Below, piece after piece: positions 1 through 10,664 of a stretch of 64,000 bases of DNA. Under the pieces are notes generated by a model. It did not search any database, was not told the DNA's origin, and worked only from the letters and a program-made list of their open reading frames with translations. Position 1 is the stretch's first letter. Each line of letters begins with the position of its first letter. Source of the DNA: Schizochytrium sp. TIO01 (taxonomy: Eukaryota > Protista > Bigyra: Labyrinthulomycetes); assembly GCA_004764695.1 (NCBI GenBank), contig SMSO01000032.1, positions 1,798,001 through 1,862,000 of the forward strand, read 5' to 3'. The translations under genes and the position numbers were made by a program.

Positions 1-3000
1 ATGTCTCCAGCAAAACCTGAACTTGCCATTCTTTTTGTAGCTATAATTGGCATTTAGCGCTGATAGGCAATCAATCATATAGGGTTACCATGCAATATTC
101 TTTTCTGTTTGTTGGGCTTCTATACCTACAAAGCTATTTGTTTGAGGTGTGTCTTGCAATCAGTGGTATTTCTCACCAAAACATTAAAATCATTTTGGCA
201 GATATCGTTGGCTGCACCAATGTTGGGCAGATTGACCTTGGCGATGCTACAAAGCAAACCATTTCTACCACATCCGCATCTGCTTGTCGCACAACATGTT
301 TAACACGATGGCGAAACTCGTACAAACGAGGTTTTTTGTATAATAACATAAACCCTTGTTCTAGCTCAACTACTGCAACTTGCGCTGACACCTTCAAAGT
401 AGCTACATCACCAAAAATAGGACCCACCCTTTATACGTCTCCCTGTTTCACAACAGCATATACCACAGCAGCAAAGGAAACAAAAACAACCTGGGGTAAT
501 CTGATTGATCATTCCTCCACTACTTGGACCGATGTATCCAGTTCTTTGAGCCTAACACCATCTCCGACCTACGTTCCTGCCACAACAACGATAACGAAAT
601 TTCTCCATTCTTATGATGTCAAAAGAGTCTTATCTCCCGCCATCTGTACTTACACCGGAACCCCTACCGCAAGTTACGATATCTGCCTTTCTTGGACCTT
701 CGACTCAGCCAGCAATACTTGTAGCCTCTACAACAGAGTTCGCATACAGTCCACTCGAGCCGTGACAGATTCCGATCGCTACCTAATTTCTCAGAATATG
801 CATTGCAACAAAGATAACGGAGACACAACGGTTGGACCGAATGCAGCAAGTCTACAAAGTGCTCAAGGCTGTATGCTCGCGAATCAGTATATCGATACTG
901 CGAATATCATATTATATGAAACTAAGCAAAACCCTCATTCATGTCGAAGATATTGTCAAGCTTCTGAAACTTGTGCATTATGGGATTGGAATTCGGACAC
1001 AAACATTTGTCATCTATTTGAGTACAGTGTTTTCGGCAGCTACACCGCTAGTACATCAAACTATATCACTGGCGCTCGCTCTTGTCCAACATGTTATCAA
1101 GGATTTTACATACCTGCGTCTGCCGCAGACCAGTCGTCGTATGAAGACGCATGCATTGTTTGTCCAAAGGGATATTCTTGTCCAAATGGAGAAGTGCAAG
1201 CTTGTGCGGCAAACACCTTCTGCGGAAATGTAAGCACTGTCAGTGCACCAGCATACGACGAAAATAACTCGAGCATTTCGTGTTCCGCAGATAGAAGTGG
1301 CGTCGGATGCCAGCACAAGGTCTGTGAAAGTTCGACTTTAGGAAAGAATCTTCTTGCCATGTCATTTCAAGATCCCCAAGAGTTTTTCGAAAGCCACACA
1401 TATTCGATTGATGAATTAGAGATGCGCCAAGTACTTGTGAATGTCGGAAGCGACGGATACGGAGACCTAGCGTTCCAAATAGCCGTCACTCATAGCATCT
1501 CTCAAGAGCTTATCAACTACTTCAACGGTAGCCTTGTCTTCCCAAGTAATGAATACTCCATGACCATCTACAACTTTGACTGGGATTGCAGTAATAGCAG
1601 TACATGGACGACTTGGATAACTGCCACAGCGCCCAACACCGTAAGCATTGGTGACAAAGTCTATCTTGCCAACTGGCAGATGCTATGGAACAGTGATTCT
1701 GCTTGGTTTGACCCTGACGACTGGTTCGGAACCTCTACAACTCTGAAGAACGACCCCATATCGATTGACGTGTCTTCGCAGTCAATGAAAGTCCTCTTCA
1801 TGAGTCAGCTCAACATCACAGTTCGGGCCCGTGGAAGCAGCCATGGACGCAGTGGGGTGAATGTGTACTATAAGCTTGGCTCGGATGATGAGACGGTATA
1901 TACAGCTACCACAGATGGGAATGGCAATCTAGATCTGACACTCACAGATGCATCAACCACTAGCTTGACATCGAGTGTTACAATCTTGGGCGCAAATAAA
2001 ACTGATACAACATATGATGTGAGAATGTGTCCACTTGGGTCCTCTACGTGCCCTTCCACGTACCTGAGCTTTCCTCAGACCCTGTCTCTTCAGAACCTCA
2101 AATACTACACGCTCTCACTCATCGATATCAACGTTATCAATCTTGGAGGAACGCTCACAACAAGTTTTAGTGGTTCATCTTCTTGTGCTGCTCCGAATGT
2201 CTTGATTTCTGCAGTAGATTTGACAGCAGACCCACCAACCGTGCTTGAAAGCACCACCACAGACTCAGATGGAAGCTTTACAGTTGAAGTTTCCAACACT
2301 ACTGTCCAACTGCTGTTTGGAGCAAATCAAGAATCTCTGACGGTCTCTAGTACTGCCGATGCGCAAGTAAGTGCATTGCTTGGCAGCTCTGGTCTTGTCA
2401 TGACATCTAGCCTAACAGGCCTTGAGATTGAATATACAAGAACGTCCAAACTCACACTGTATACAGCTGCCACGATGTGTGAGTACTCTATTGGTGACGT
2501 CAATATGTCGCTCACTGTAGATGCGTGTCCTGACATTGTCTTGTATCGCTCAACTTCAGGCTTGGAGGCTTCCTGGAATATACCTTCAGCAGAGTACACA
2601 TTTGACCTCGAATTCTACTCATCAAATGCAGATATCAAAACAAATTATGAACTTCAGTTTCCAAGCTCCTCAAGTCGTGCTTTGGATATGACGGACTCTG
2701 ATGCCATGGTAGATATGATCTATCAACCAGATCCAGCTCTCACAGCCGAGTTGGTCGCCACTAGTATCGTTCCGTTTTCTTCATGTTCTCAAGGTGCACT
2801 GCCTTTCCAATATATCGTCTCGGGGGGCGCCGATATCGAAGTGCAGATATACTTTAATCAAACCTTTGTTGATACTACTGGGACATCTCGAGTTTGCTTT
2901 GTTTTGCCAAGTGAATCCACGATTCTTGTTAATAGTGAGCTGGCTCCAGAGGATGACAACGTCTGCGAAGCAACAGATCCATGCTATTACAACATTAGTA

Positions 3001-5880
3001 CTGCTAGCGATGAAGAATCTGTAGCTGATTTCTCGATTTACGTTGGTGCGCCCACCAACCCTAGCGGCACTAATCTCACCGAGACTGTCAATATCGAATA
3101 CGAGGATTTGGACCAGTTCGTGCGTTCGGTCACCTTTATGCTATACCATGACACTTATTGGCCTTCAGGAATCACGGCTCGCCCTTCGGCGGAGCTCGAG
3201 ATCCTTGTAATGGGAAAACGTGCTATGAGTGGCTCAAATCTAATCAACTTTGCAAGTGCAGTACCTCTATATTATCTCTATGCGCCTCCAGTCATCTACG
3301 ACTCTGAGGGTTCATTAGCTTCGAAAACAACTGCTGTCTTTACGAGGCCGTTTACAATTGAGTCTCGTGTATATCGCGAATCTGTGGATAGCGATGAGAC
3401 TTCATCGTCAACTACTATCAGTGCTGGCTTAGGAGGCAGCGTTTCTGGCAAAATCAGCGGTAGCGCTTCTTATAGCTCAACCTCTGGTGAGACTGAAATT
3501 ACAACCAATACCACCAGCAAAGAAGATTCAGTTGTAACAACAACTACAACATACACATTCTCCCAAGAGACTGCAGGAGAAGACATTGTTTTGTATATGG
3601 GCACTACAGCAAACCTCTCTGTAACAAAGACCCTCACTTACCATGACGAAGCTTGTCGAGTGACATCGGTTTCTGATATTGGATGGGAGAGCAAGGCTAC
3701 ATCTCTTATCATCTCGACTCGCTCAGAATGTGAAGATTCCTTGCAAACTATCAAGGATACAATTGCCTTATACAAGGATGATTCAGACATGCAAAGTCTT
3801 GTCACCGATGCGATAGAGCAACGAAACAAGTGGCTCGATCTCTTCAGACATTGGGATGATGACAAGACATACGCACAGAACTTCCCTATCAACATCACTG
3901 CAAGCATTTCAGGTGCTACGGATAACTATGCTACAGATACCAACATGCTTACACTCTCAGGTGCTTTGGGGACGATAACATTTGAACAAGATGCTATAAA
4001 CACGACTCAAAATCTCGTGGACTTTCTAGCTTTTGCAACAAGTGATTCAACGACAACATCCAGCCTTAGCGAAGTAAGTGTTGCATATCTTGAGGAGCTA
4101 TTCTCGCTTGCAGCGTCATCCGAGACGTCTCAGACATATACGCAGACAACCACGGTGGATGATACCACATATGCAACCTCTGGTGATGAAAACACAATCA
4201 CAGCTACCTTGACGTCTATTGAAGGGAACGAACTCTGTCTGGAGATATTTCAATCTCCGTTCTGTGGCTCATTTGTTTACAAAGTTTGTGGTGGACAAAC
4301 ACGCTGTCCTCATGTGCCTGGCACAGATGCCATTGAACAGTTCTACCTTGAAGAAAACGACAACGATACATTGGCTAGCACTCTGACCTCGGATAAAGGC
4401 TCCTTTTCATTCTACATCAACCTAACGCCGATGGACGATGACGACTTAGAGCTCGACCTTACTGTCTCCATGGACATTGATAGCATCACCGGATATACTG
4501 CGTATTCAATAGCCGGTGCAACTGTGAACTCTAACCTTGATCTGTCGGTGTCCAAGTCGGAAGCAACATCCGCTGGGCGACAGCTGGTCGTTGTGCAATA
4601 TGAACGACTCAGCAGCAAACTGCTTTCAACCATGGCAACAGTCACTGTGACATCATCTTGTGACAGCACTATCTCAGACTCGCTTACGTTTACTCTGAAT
4701 TGGGCAGACTCGTGCTCCAAAGCCAAGTGGGCAGGAGACCTTGCACGGAGCAACGCAACGTGGCAGGCAACATCATCTGATCCGACATTGGACTTGGAGT
4801 CGTCAGTTGCAGGCGTTACGCTCTGGGCAGCTCCTTACGTTCCCAGCTTGGGTACACCAGAAGAAGCGGACTACTCTAAGATAGGAAAGTTCTCTGGTAC
4901 GTCCTATGCGTTCACAGCTGCAACGAGTGGTCTGGTCAGCGGTAGAACATATTTTCTTGAGCTTCGGAGAGACTGTGGGTCCCGTTCTGATCCTCGTGTT
5001 GGTGTTTTTGATAATGAAGGTCCCAAACTCGTAGGCTGGGCCCCCAATAGCAATCTTTTGACAAATCTTAGTGCTTTTCCAATTGTGACCTTTCGGTTTG
5101 ACGAGCCTATCGATCTTTGGAGGGGGGATGAATGGGCCACTGTGACAAACATCAATCAAACAATGAAATTGGAGTCGGTTGTAGCTGTTGGTACAACGTT
5201 ATATGATGTTTATGTATGGACTCGTGTGAACTCATCTTCGACAGCCGAAAAATGGAGCGAACAAATTGTTCGTGTTGATTTGAACGAGATTGTAGATTTA
5301 TACGGAAATGTTGCCCAAGGGGTTTCAACTTTAGTCAAGCTTCCGAAATTCTATCCGGAAGTTTATGGGACAAAGTTTTTGCCAGATGCAAGCTTAACAC
5401 TGAATGCGCACTACTACCAGGAATATGCAGATGAGGCGCGAAGCAACATGCTGCCATCTGTAAGTTATCTATCAACTCCTCAATATCAGACTGGGTCGTC
5501 TAGTCAAAAATCAACAACGACGGTCATTGCTGCAACAGTGTCATGTATTGTCGTGGCTTTGGTCATCGCAGCAGCAGCGTTTGTGATCTATCGACGCCGC
5601 CGCGCACAAGTTGATTCTACCCATAGTGGGTCGATCACAAGCCGTAACAGTAGCGGTAGTATCTTCCTTGAGGGCTCGATTGAAGGGCGGAAGCGGATTG
5701 ATAGTATGAATCCAGGTTTTTCTCCTGTCGAGAAGAGCGCTGTTTGAGAGTGTTTATGGAATAGTAAATATAAACCTTTGAGTTTCATGTTATTTTGTTT
5801 GAGATTATTTCAAGATAGGGAATGAAAATCATGATTCTAACAATGACCAACATAAAATACTTGCATGGAGGAGTTTCACT
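1..5880 (+). repeat. Left arm of ~5.9 kb inverted segmental duplication (runs off the window start)
   Basis: Base 1 onward is the reverse complement of 29865 downward. Similarity persists through the CDS and 3' flank until gagtttcact (5871-5880). Confidence 0.95.
90..5747 (+). CDS. Giant (1885 aa) Ser/Thr/Cys-rich type-I membrane protein: signal peptide, PAN/apple-like modules, Cys-rich repeat, beta-sandwich/Ig-like domains, one C-terminal TM helix (copy A)
   Basis: Hydrophobic N-terminus. PAN-like Cys patterns CRRYCQASETCALWDWNSDTNICHLF and CLSWTFDSASNTCSLY. CPKGYSCPNG Cys repeat. TTDGNGN and TTDSDGSF motifs typical of transthyretin/carboxypeptidase-regulatory-like sandwiches. DNEGPKLVGWAP...VTFRFDEPID resembles a bacterial Ig-like (Big_5) domain. 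TM VIAATVSCIVVALVIAAAAFVIY followed by RRRR stop-transfer. Confidence 0.85.
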   Translation: MQYSFLFVGLLYLQSYLFEVCLAISGISHQNIKIILADIVGCTNVGQIDLGDATKQTISTTSASACRTTCLTRWRNSYKRGFLYNNINPCSSSTTATCADTFKVATSPKIGPTLYTSPCFTTAYTTAAKETKTTWGNLIDHSSTTWTDVSSSLSLTPSPTYVPATTTITKFLHSYDVKRVLSPAICTYTGTPTASYDICLSWTFDSASNTCSLYNRVRIQSTRAVTDSDRYLISQNMHCNKDNGDTTVGPNAASLQSAQGCMLANQYIDTANIILYETKQNPHSCRRYCQASETCALWDWNSDTNICHLFEYSVFGSYTASTSNYITGARSCPTCYQGFYIPASAADQSSYEDACIVCPKGYSCPNGEVQACAANTFCGNVSTVSAPAYDENNSSISCSADRSGVGCQHKVCESSTLGKNLLAMSFQDPQEFFESHTYSIDELEMRQVLVNVGSDGYGDLAFQIAVTHSISQELINYFNGSLVFPSNEYSMTIYNFDWDCSNSSTWTTWITATAPNTVSIGDKVYLANWQMLWNSDSAWFDPDDWFGTSTTLKNDPISIDVSSQSMKVLFMSQLNITVRARGSSHGRSGVNVYYKLGSDDETVYTATTDGNGNLDLTLTDASTTSLTSSVTILGANKTDTTYDVRMCPLGSSTCPSTYLSFPQTLSLQNLKYYTLSLIDINVINLGGTLTTSFSGSSSCAAPNVLISAVDLTADPPTVLESTTTDSDGSFTVEVSNTTVQLLFGANQESLTVSSTADAQVSALLGSSGLVMTSSLTGLEIEYTRTSKLTLYTAATMCEYSIGDVNMSLTVDACPDIVLYRSTSGLEASWNIPSAEYTFDLEFYSSNADIKTNYELQFPSSSSRALDMTDSDAMVDMIYQPDPALTAELVATSIVPFSSCSQGALPFQYIVSGGADIEVQIYFNQTFVDTTGTSRVCFVLPSESTILVNSELAPEDDNVCEATDPCYYNISTASDEESVADFSIYVGAPTNPSGTNLTETVNIEYEDLDQFVRSVTFMLYHDTYWPSGITARPSAELEILVMGKRAMSGSNLINFASAVPLYYLYAPPVIYDSEGSLASKTTAVFTRPFTIESRVYRESVDSDETSSSTTISAGLGGSVSGKISGSASYSSTSGETEITTNTTSKEDSVVTTTTTYTFSQETAGEDIVLYMGTTANLSVTKTLTYHDEACRVTSVSDIGWESKATSLIISTRSECEDSLQTIKDTIALYKDDSDMQSLVTDAIEQRNKWLDLFRHWDDDKTYAQNFPINITASISGATDNYATDTNMLTLSGALGTITFEQDAINTTQNLVDFLAFATSDSTTTSSLSEVSVAYLEELFSLAASSETSQTYTQTTTVDDTTYATSGDENTITATLTSIEGNELCLEIFQSPFCGSFVYKVCGGQTRCPHVPGTDAIEQFYLEENDNDTLASTLTSDKGSFSFYINLTPMDDDDLELDLTVSMDIDSITGYTAYSIAGATVNSNLDLSVSKSEATSAGRQLVVVQYERLSSKLLSTMATVTVTSSCDSTISDSLTFTLNWADSCSKAKWAGDLARSNATWQATSSDPTLDLESSVAGVTLWAAPYVPSLGTPEEADYSKIGKFSGTSYAFTAATSGLVSGRTYFLELRRDCGSRSDPRVGVFDNEGPKLVGWAPNSNLLTNLSAFPIVTFRFDEPIDLWRGDEWATVTNINQTMKLESVVAVGTTLYDVYVWTRVNSSSTAEKWSEQIVRVDLNEIVDLYGNVAQGVSTLVKLPKFYPEVYGTKFLPDASLTLNAHYYQEYADEARSNMLPSVSYLSTPQYQTGSSSQKSTTTVIAATVSCIVVALVIAAAAFVIYRRRRAQVDSTHSGSITSRNSSGSIFLEGSIEGRKRIDSMNPGFSPVEKSAV

Positions 5881-6402
5881 CTTTAAGATCTACATCAAAA
5901 GTTGCAAGTATTTTTATTAGAAAAGCAAATAGATTATGAACGTATCTATAGTTTGATGTAAAGATAAAAAGGTAGCGTGCAACAATCAAGAACTATTCGG
6001 TATCTTTGACGCTTCAAACTTAATATAATTAATCTGGCCAAGGTAGTATCGTTCGCTGTTGCTACTATTTGCTATCACCTTGGTTGCCACGATTAGTGAT
6101 TATAGAATAAATTACTGGTGCTGTTAAAGCTGAGTGCAGCTGGCCTACAGATAAATACCATTGAAATAATAACGTTTTTGTATGCTTCTCAGAGCATTCT
6201 TACTGCAGGAATCATATAGACTACAACTAGGAAAGAAATAAGAGCAACGAAACAACGTGATCGCAGAACCTTCGGGAAACCTTTGTTCCGTTTGCGAATT
6301 TGAAATGCATATCTCATTTAATTGTTCTTCACGCGACAAATGAAGCTTGGAGGTATGGTCAAAATGTATTGTCAAATGCCGAAGGCGAAAAATATACTTA
6401 TC

Positions 6403-9400
6403 TTAAGTATCGTTGTCTGACGGTGTTCGATTCCGATGGAAACGAGTCTTGTATGATGATCCCATCTGCCGCCAGCGTAAAGGTTCGTTTGGCATATTGT
6501 CCGAGACAGCATCCTTTTCTTGATGTACATACTTTTTGAAAGAAGCCCCTAAATTACGAAATCGGGAAGCTGTAGATTTGTCCGAGCCTTCACCGATGAC
6601 AGAAGCGTACGGTGCGAGGCCAGGGTTATCTGGATCGTCATAATCTTCATAACTACGGTTGTACGATAAAGCAGCATCGGCTGGTGGGGATACTACAGGA
6701 GTGCCAGCGGGGGGCGGGATCCGCATCGCGCGCCCAACCCTTGAATCAGCGACCATTGTTCCACTATCAACATAAAATTGGCGAAATTGCTCTCGACTTT
6801 GGCGAAGATCTTTCAGTCGCTTGGCTGCAATGCAACCAAGAGGCAGGCCACATAAAAGCATACAAAATGCTAAAAGGTACCACCCAGCAATAGCCCAGTA
6901 AAAGGATCGACCGAAGTCACAGCAGAAGCTTTCTTGGATACTATCATAAGCAGAATTGAAAGCCTCGCATCCCAAGGCGATCTCTAACTCTTCTGCGAGA
7001 GTGATTATGTTTTCTCGGAAATCTGCGGACGATGCGTTAATGTCATTGCGCAGAGCACTGCGTAAAACGATACCAATTGACGGTAGAGTGACGTTAAGCA
7101 GTTCATCGAGTTGACCCTGTACTATCTGAGATGCTTCAGATTGAAAGGTCTGGTAAAGTGCTTGGAGAGGTTCTACTGCGTCATTTCCATCAACATTGGC
7201 TAAAGAAAGGCCAGAACAATCGTTTATAAGGGAAAGAAACAATTCTGGGGTATCGAGCTCCAGACTCATAGAAAAAACGGGGACATCTAGATTTACGGCA
7301 CAGAAGCCACGTGAATTTGTTGTCCCACCTATTTGTTCGCACATGTATGGTTGCACCTCAACAAGTGCTGTTGAACCAGCGTTCTCTACGCCGGAGCAAA
7401 CATCAGCTGCTATTAAGAGAAAAGGAAATGCCAAAGCCCCAAAAATAAGAAAAAGCCAGGGTGCAGCACAGGCAGAACAGCAAGCAACACCATAACCGCA
7501 TGAAGGGAAGAAAAATACCAAAACAGTCATGATCAAAAGAATAGCAGATATAATCGAAGGTAGCGCAGTGGCGGCAACACGTGATATCCTTGGTTGCACC
7601 GGCAATGCGCTGGTTATCTCCTCTGGTAACACGTCGCTAAGTCGACCACTATTATAGATTTCGATTGAGTTTTTAATGCATGCATCTGTAATGCATTTTA
7701 CATTGTTGGTGTAGCTATTTTTGATCTTATTGTCGACAATTGGCCCAAAGACAGATGGTTTAGCGTATGACTCGAAGTAAGATGCATTTGGAAACTGATC
7801 AGAAAACGTCGTATTGGCGATCGCAGCAATAGTGCGCTCCAAGTAGAATATTGAACCAATATCACGAAGAGAGCCATTCTGATCCCGTGAAATATCAACA
7901 GCTTCTATATAAGACATGGCGGAAGACAGCTTCGAGGTCAGCGTGGCTTTGCTTGGTTGTACTGCTGCAATGATAAGATCCAACTGGGATGCGATATGAA
8001 CGATCATGTCTTGTACGCCAGTCGATCCTGCAACGATTTCCATCAAGCGTTCCTGGCTGATCTCCTCCAGAATACTGTTCAGATCTACCGTTAAAAGGTT
8101 CCAGATGTTTCCTTCCATAGCGAATATGTAGTAAAGCTCTGCTGTGTCGATAGAAGCAATTGTAGTATTCAGTTCCCCGAGTGTTGCCTGGATATCACTT
8201 AGTGCGTCTTCAAATTTAGATTTATCATCCTCAAGGGAACTAAATTTTGAAGTAATAGCAGCTACATTCGATCGCACACCTTCAATAGTGGCAAACCCAG
8301 AGCTGAAAGAATTGGATGCGTTAATGAGATCAGAGGAGGCTGTTTCAAGTGATGAAAAGTCATTGCAGCATCCTAGGTCGATCGTTGCAATTGCTGACTG
8401 GGCAGTTTCAATCTGACTTTTCATTTCAGATAGGCTTGGATCAATGGAATCAACTCCTAAAACAAACGCACTTAGAACATTTTGCAATGACTCCCAGTCT
8501 TCAAAGGGGTATTCACATAAGTCATTATTTTTTGTGCAGCTGTCTTGAATGATGTATGGGCCCCCATAAACATAGCAAAGAGTATCATTATTATGGCAAG
8601 TCCAGCTCTGAGGGGAGACCGACTCCACATTTTGCACGTCTTTCAGAAAATCTGATGCCTCAAGAGAATCCATAACTGCAATAAGACTTGAGTGAGCACT
8701 CCCAAAGGCAGTAAGTGTAGAGTTTGTTTCATTGTTTGGCCTTATATTCGGATCACTGATTTGTGTAATAAGCTTATTGATTGAGGAAATTGCTGAGGTG
8801 ACATTAACCGATGAAAGATCAATTGATGCTACTTTCGATTGTAGGCTGAGGACCGCGACCTTTGTCTCATTAAGTACTGTCTGGGCGGAGCTGAGCTCTG
8901 CGTTAAGCTCATCAACAAATTCAATTAAGCTACCATTGAAACTATCAGCAAAAGTTTCTATTTGGTCTAAAAGATCTGGTAAGTCCTTTGTGGCTTCGAC
9001 ATATGTATTGTTGAGTTCTTTGAGCTGCGCAGTGACATTCAGAAGTTCATCCGGAAGCTCAATTAGGTTCTCGTTAATACTCTCCGGTACATCTGCGATT
9101 TCAAACATGCATGGAAGCTCGTCACTGAGTTCAAGAATAGCCCCAATTGTTTCAGTGATAGGTTCAATACTCGGGAGGTCTGAAAAAAATGTAGTAATGA
9201 AGGCGAGCTCTTCATAGAGGGAAGTGAAATTGAAATCATCAATGGCTTCAACAATGCCATTCAGAGAAATGTTTAGCTCAGATATGGTTGGCATGTCTGC
9301 AATTGTAGTGTTAACAACTGAGAGGTCATCTTTTAGAACAGTGAGATTAGCCTGCAGAGATGTAAGCGAACTGTTCAATCTAGTGAGCTCTATCTGCATT

Positions 9401-10664
9401 TCCGAAGCACTGGGGGTCAAATCCCGAACAGATACATTAAAAGAAGAGTAGTAGGAGCTAAAGTTGGAAACCATAACCTGCGTATAATTTGCTTCAGCTA
9501 GCAAGGGTGCGATTGTTTGAAGTACATTCTGAGCATCATTTCGCACTTTGATATATGAGGAAATGCCTTCATCAATGCTTGAGAGTTCAGTATCTACAAC
9601 AGAAACTTCTGAGTCAACCCACGCAATTTGAGAGTCAAGATCTAGGCTCAGTATATGGTTGACCCCATTCTGAAAACTCAAAACCTGCGTATATGACGTC
9701 CCAAGTGATGCATTGAGAACATCAAGGTCTGAAAGGACACTATTTACTGTGTCATTAACTTGACTCTGACTAGGGATCGAAGAGAGAGTCGCATTTAAAT
9801 TTGCCAAAATCTGCAGCATGGTTGAGGTCAGATTGGAGTCAAATAGCTCAGAAAAGACATTTTCAGCACATACGATAGAGCTATGAACCAACGAGAGCTC
9901 CCCTACATCGAATAAAGTCTGATTAACTCGTGTAATCATGGATACCCCTGCAACGCCTATTACTGCACTGCTAAGGTTAATGAAGGGGTCACTTGCAGTA
10001 CTTGTAAGACTTGCGAGGTTGTCAGGTGCATCTACGATTGCAATTTGTGCCTCAGTAAGGCCCATGTTCCCTCGAACTAGTACTAAAAGAGTAAAACTGA
10101 GAATGAGAACCAGAAAGGTGACAAGGCAAAGGTATGTGGTAACGATTTGCCACGTAGGATATTTTCGCGGAGTCTCTGAAAATTTTGGTCAAGTGATGCA
10201 TCAGATGTTTTGTGTGATCGTTCGCAGCAACAAACAAGAATCGCTGCGGCAGCAGCTACAATTGTCAGAAGAGCAAATACAACTCCAATAATCGCATACA
10301 TGATGAGACCCTGCGAGTAGTTGACCCAGCTATCCTCATGTTCCTTTGCATATGATCGGTCAAATAGAATGGAATATCCGTCGCTGTTGATTTCATCAAG
10401 CCAATCTGCACTACAAATCTCAAGGTTGCCGGAAGTAGAATCACAAACATCTACCAAGCTTTCATACTTGCCAAGGTCTTTGGGTACGCTTTGAAAAGCC
10501 ATATTGACACGCGGAATACCTAGAAGGGTATTGAGGTCATTTTTGTTTTGCTTGCATGCTGTCAGCTCCGCGGCTTGAACCTTATAGAAGTGGCTAAGCA
10601 ATACTGTCACCGAGCCAAGGATGATTTGCCACCATAAGAGCTTGAATTTTACTTTGTAAATCAT
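6403..10664 (-). CDS. Prominin/Tweety-like five-TM glycoprotein (~1420 aa) with a very large helical first ectoloop; 1-bp frameshift at ~10187
   Basis: ORF 10083..10664 gives a signal peptide and TM1 ending in LVCCC. Adding one C (GAC C[C]A AAA) joins it to PKFSETPRKYPTWQIVTTYLCLVTFLVLILSFTLLVLVRGN (TM2), which is in frame with the 1220-aa ORF. TM3/TM4 (..ILLIMTVLVFFF..; ..WLFLIFGALAFPFLLIAADVC) and TM5 (..FYWAIAGWYLLAFCMLLCGLPLGC) complete the prominin-type topology. Confidence 0.7.

Noticed and set aside
10180-10195. Programmed frameshift or true pseudogenisation of the prominin-like gene
   Set aside because: A single missing C in a short homopolymer, the same lesion type as at 24881, with the rest of the gene intact. 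Assembly error is simpler.
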